From Sphaerodactylus townsendi (lineage: Eukaryota), in the NCBI RefSeq assembly GCF_021028975.2, contig NC_059433.1:51026143-51090000 (forward strand): a stretch of 63,858 nucleotides of DNA, written 5' to 3'. Position 1 is the first letter of the stretch. Each line of letters begins with the position of its first letter. A model generated the notes under the pieces. It saw only the letters and a list, made by a program, of their open reading frames with translations, was not told where the DNA came from and ran no database searches. Shown here in pieces: positions 62,601-63,858 of this stretch. Position numbers and translations under genes: made by a program.

Positions 62601-63858
62601 GTGTCTATAATGCATGCCACAGTTTTTTGTGATCCTGATTTGTTTGATGCCTGTTCTGGGCCGTTCCGGGCCAATCTTCCTTGAGTCTCAATTAACAGAC
62701 CCTTACTCCATCTCTCCATCTCGCACCTAGGTCTCCGTCACACCCAGATTAAGGTGCTAGTGTGGACAGTACCATTTTTAAACTGGTCTCAAACCAGTTT
62801 CAACCCAGTTTAAAGTCTGCAGTGTGGAAGTGACCATAGAGTCCCTTAGTAAGCGAATGCAGCCTTTTACCAAGGGGAAAATTTGGGTGGAGGGGTTGCT
62901 GCAGGGAGTTCACTCTTAAAGGTAGAGTTACCATATTCTCAGGGGGTCTTCAGGAGATTATCCTGATGAGCCCCCCCACACCACCCCGGTTTTGTAAGGT
63001 TTGGTTCAGGGGGTTCATAACATTGGACATGCAAACAAAATTCTGTGTTGCAAACTACCAAACTGTTGTAAGACAACAAATATGCAAAGTCAGAATTGAT
63101 TTCTCATTCTAGCCAGGAAAACATCCCATCTTTCAAATTTGTCAGTTTGCAGTGATATAAACAAATTAATTGAAGCACATAAGTATATTTTATTAATTTA
63201 ATCATTCCTCCTTGTTTGGAGCTATTTTCTTCTTGCAGTTTTGAGCAAAATTAGCATTATGGATGCCATTAACAACAAATTCACGAATATATTTTGAAAG
63301 GGAGATCTACATAGTCTAACAAAAAACCATCATGGGATAATGGTAACTTTTTAGCTTTAAAGATAGCCGTGGCAATTTTAATATAACACTCTGCTGCTCT
63401 CTTCCACTCCCACCAGATGTGTATAACATTGGCATTGGTACCCAACAATCCCCATTAGCCCCTTGTTTAATTGGTGATTTTTAGAGGGGTTAAGTAACAG
63501 TGAAATAGCATTTTTTCAAAAATTTCTTTGGCAGTTTAATTAGAAGTTTAATGCCTGTTCCGAGCCGTTCTGGCTTTTACCCCGTCCCAAAAATAAATTG
63601 CATGTCTGTTGCTAAAATGTACAGGAACCTCCCTTTCTGCACAGCACCCTCACATTTTGTGAAACACTGATGGACTTTCTTTGTGTGCCTCAGAGTGTAG
63701 CTAAGGTTTCACCTCTCCTCAGACTATCCAGTTACCCTAGTACTCAAAAGCTTACTATTTTTCTAAGAACAATTGTATTCCCCAACTAGGGAAATGTGTG
63801 TCTTTCCTCTTTCTTGTCTGTGTTTATGTGATTGTTATACTGTTTTAAAAACCCCATT

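Overview
Vertebrate genomic DNA, most likely a squamate reptile and probably a gecko (inferred from the repeat content). Two host genes sit head-to-head. Five phase-compatible coding exons of CCDC178 lie on the minus strand at 5.8-18.6 kb, with RFX/GC-box promoter candidates at about 23.5 and 27.1 kb. The CpG-island promoter and first coding exon of ASXL3 (MKDKRKKKDHTWAEAARL) lie on the plus strand at 60.2 kb. The rest is repeat-rich: CR1, L2, L1-like and RTE-like LINEs, tRNA-derived SINEs, a solo LTR, a rearranged Ty1/copia remnant, Penelope-type fragments with hammerhead motifs, PIF/Harbinger-like MITEs, an OposCharlie1-like hAT MITE, and a roughly 155-bp satellite in ASXL3 intron 1. The most notable observation is a family of GC-rich non-autonomous hAT-type elements with CAG(G/T)GGC-type termini and 8-bp target-site duplications (TSDs). 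Two members (46085-49972 and 54293-57467) are 3-4 kb long and enclose unrelated host-like cargo. In both, the cargo reads as CpG-rich promoter, first exon, splice donor and intron, in the same orientation, which suggests a Pack-MULE-like system of promoter-capturing hAT elements. Gene and family names are from recalled sequence similarity; no database search was run.
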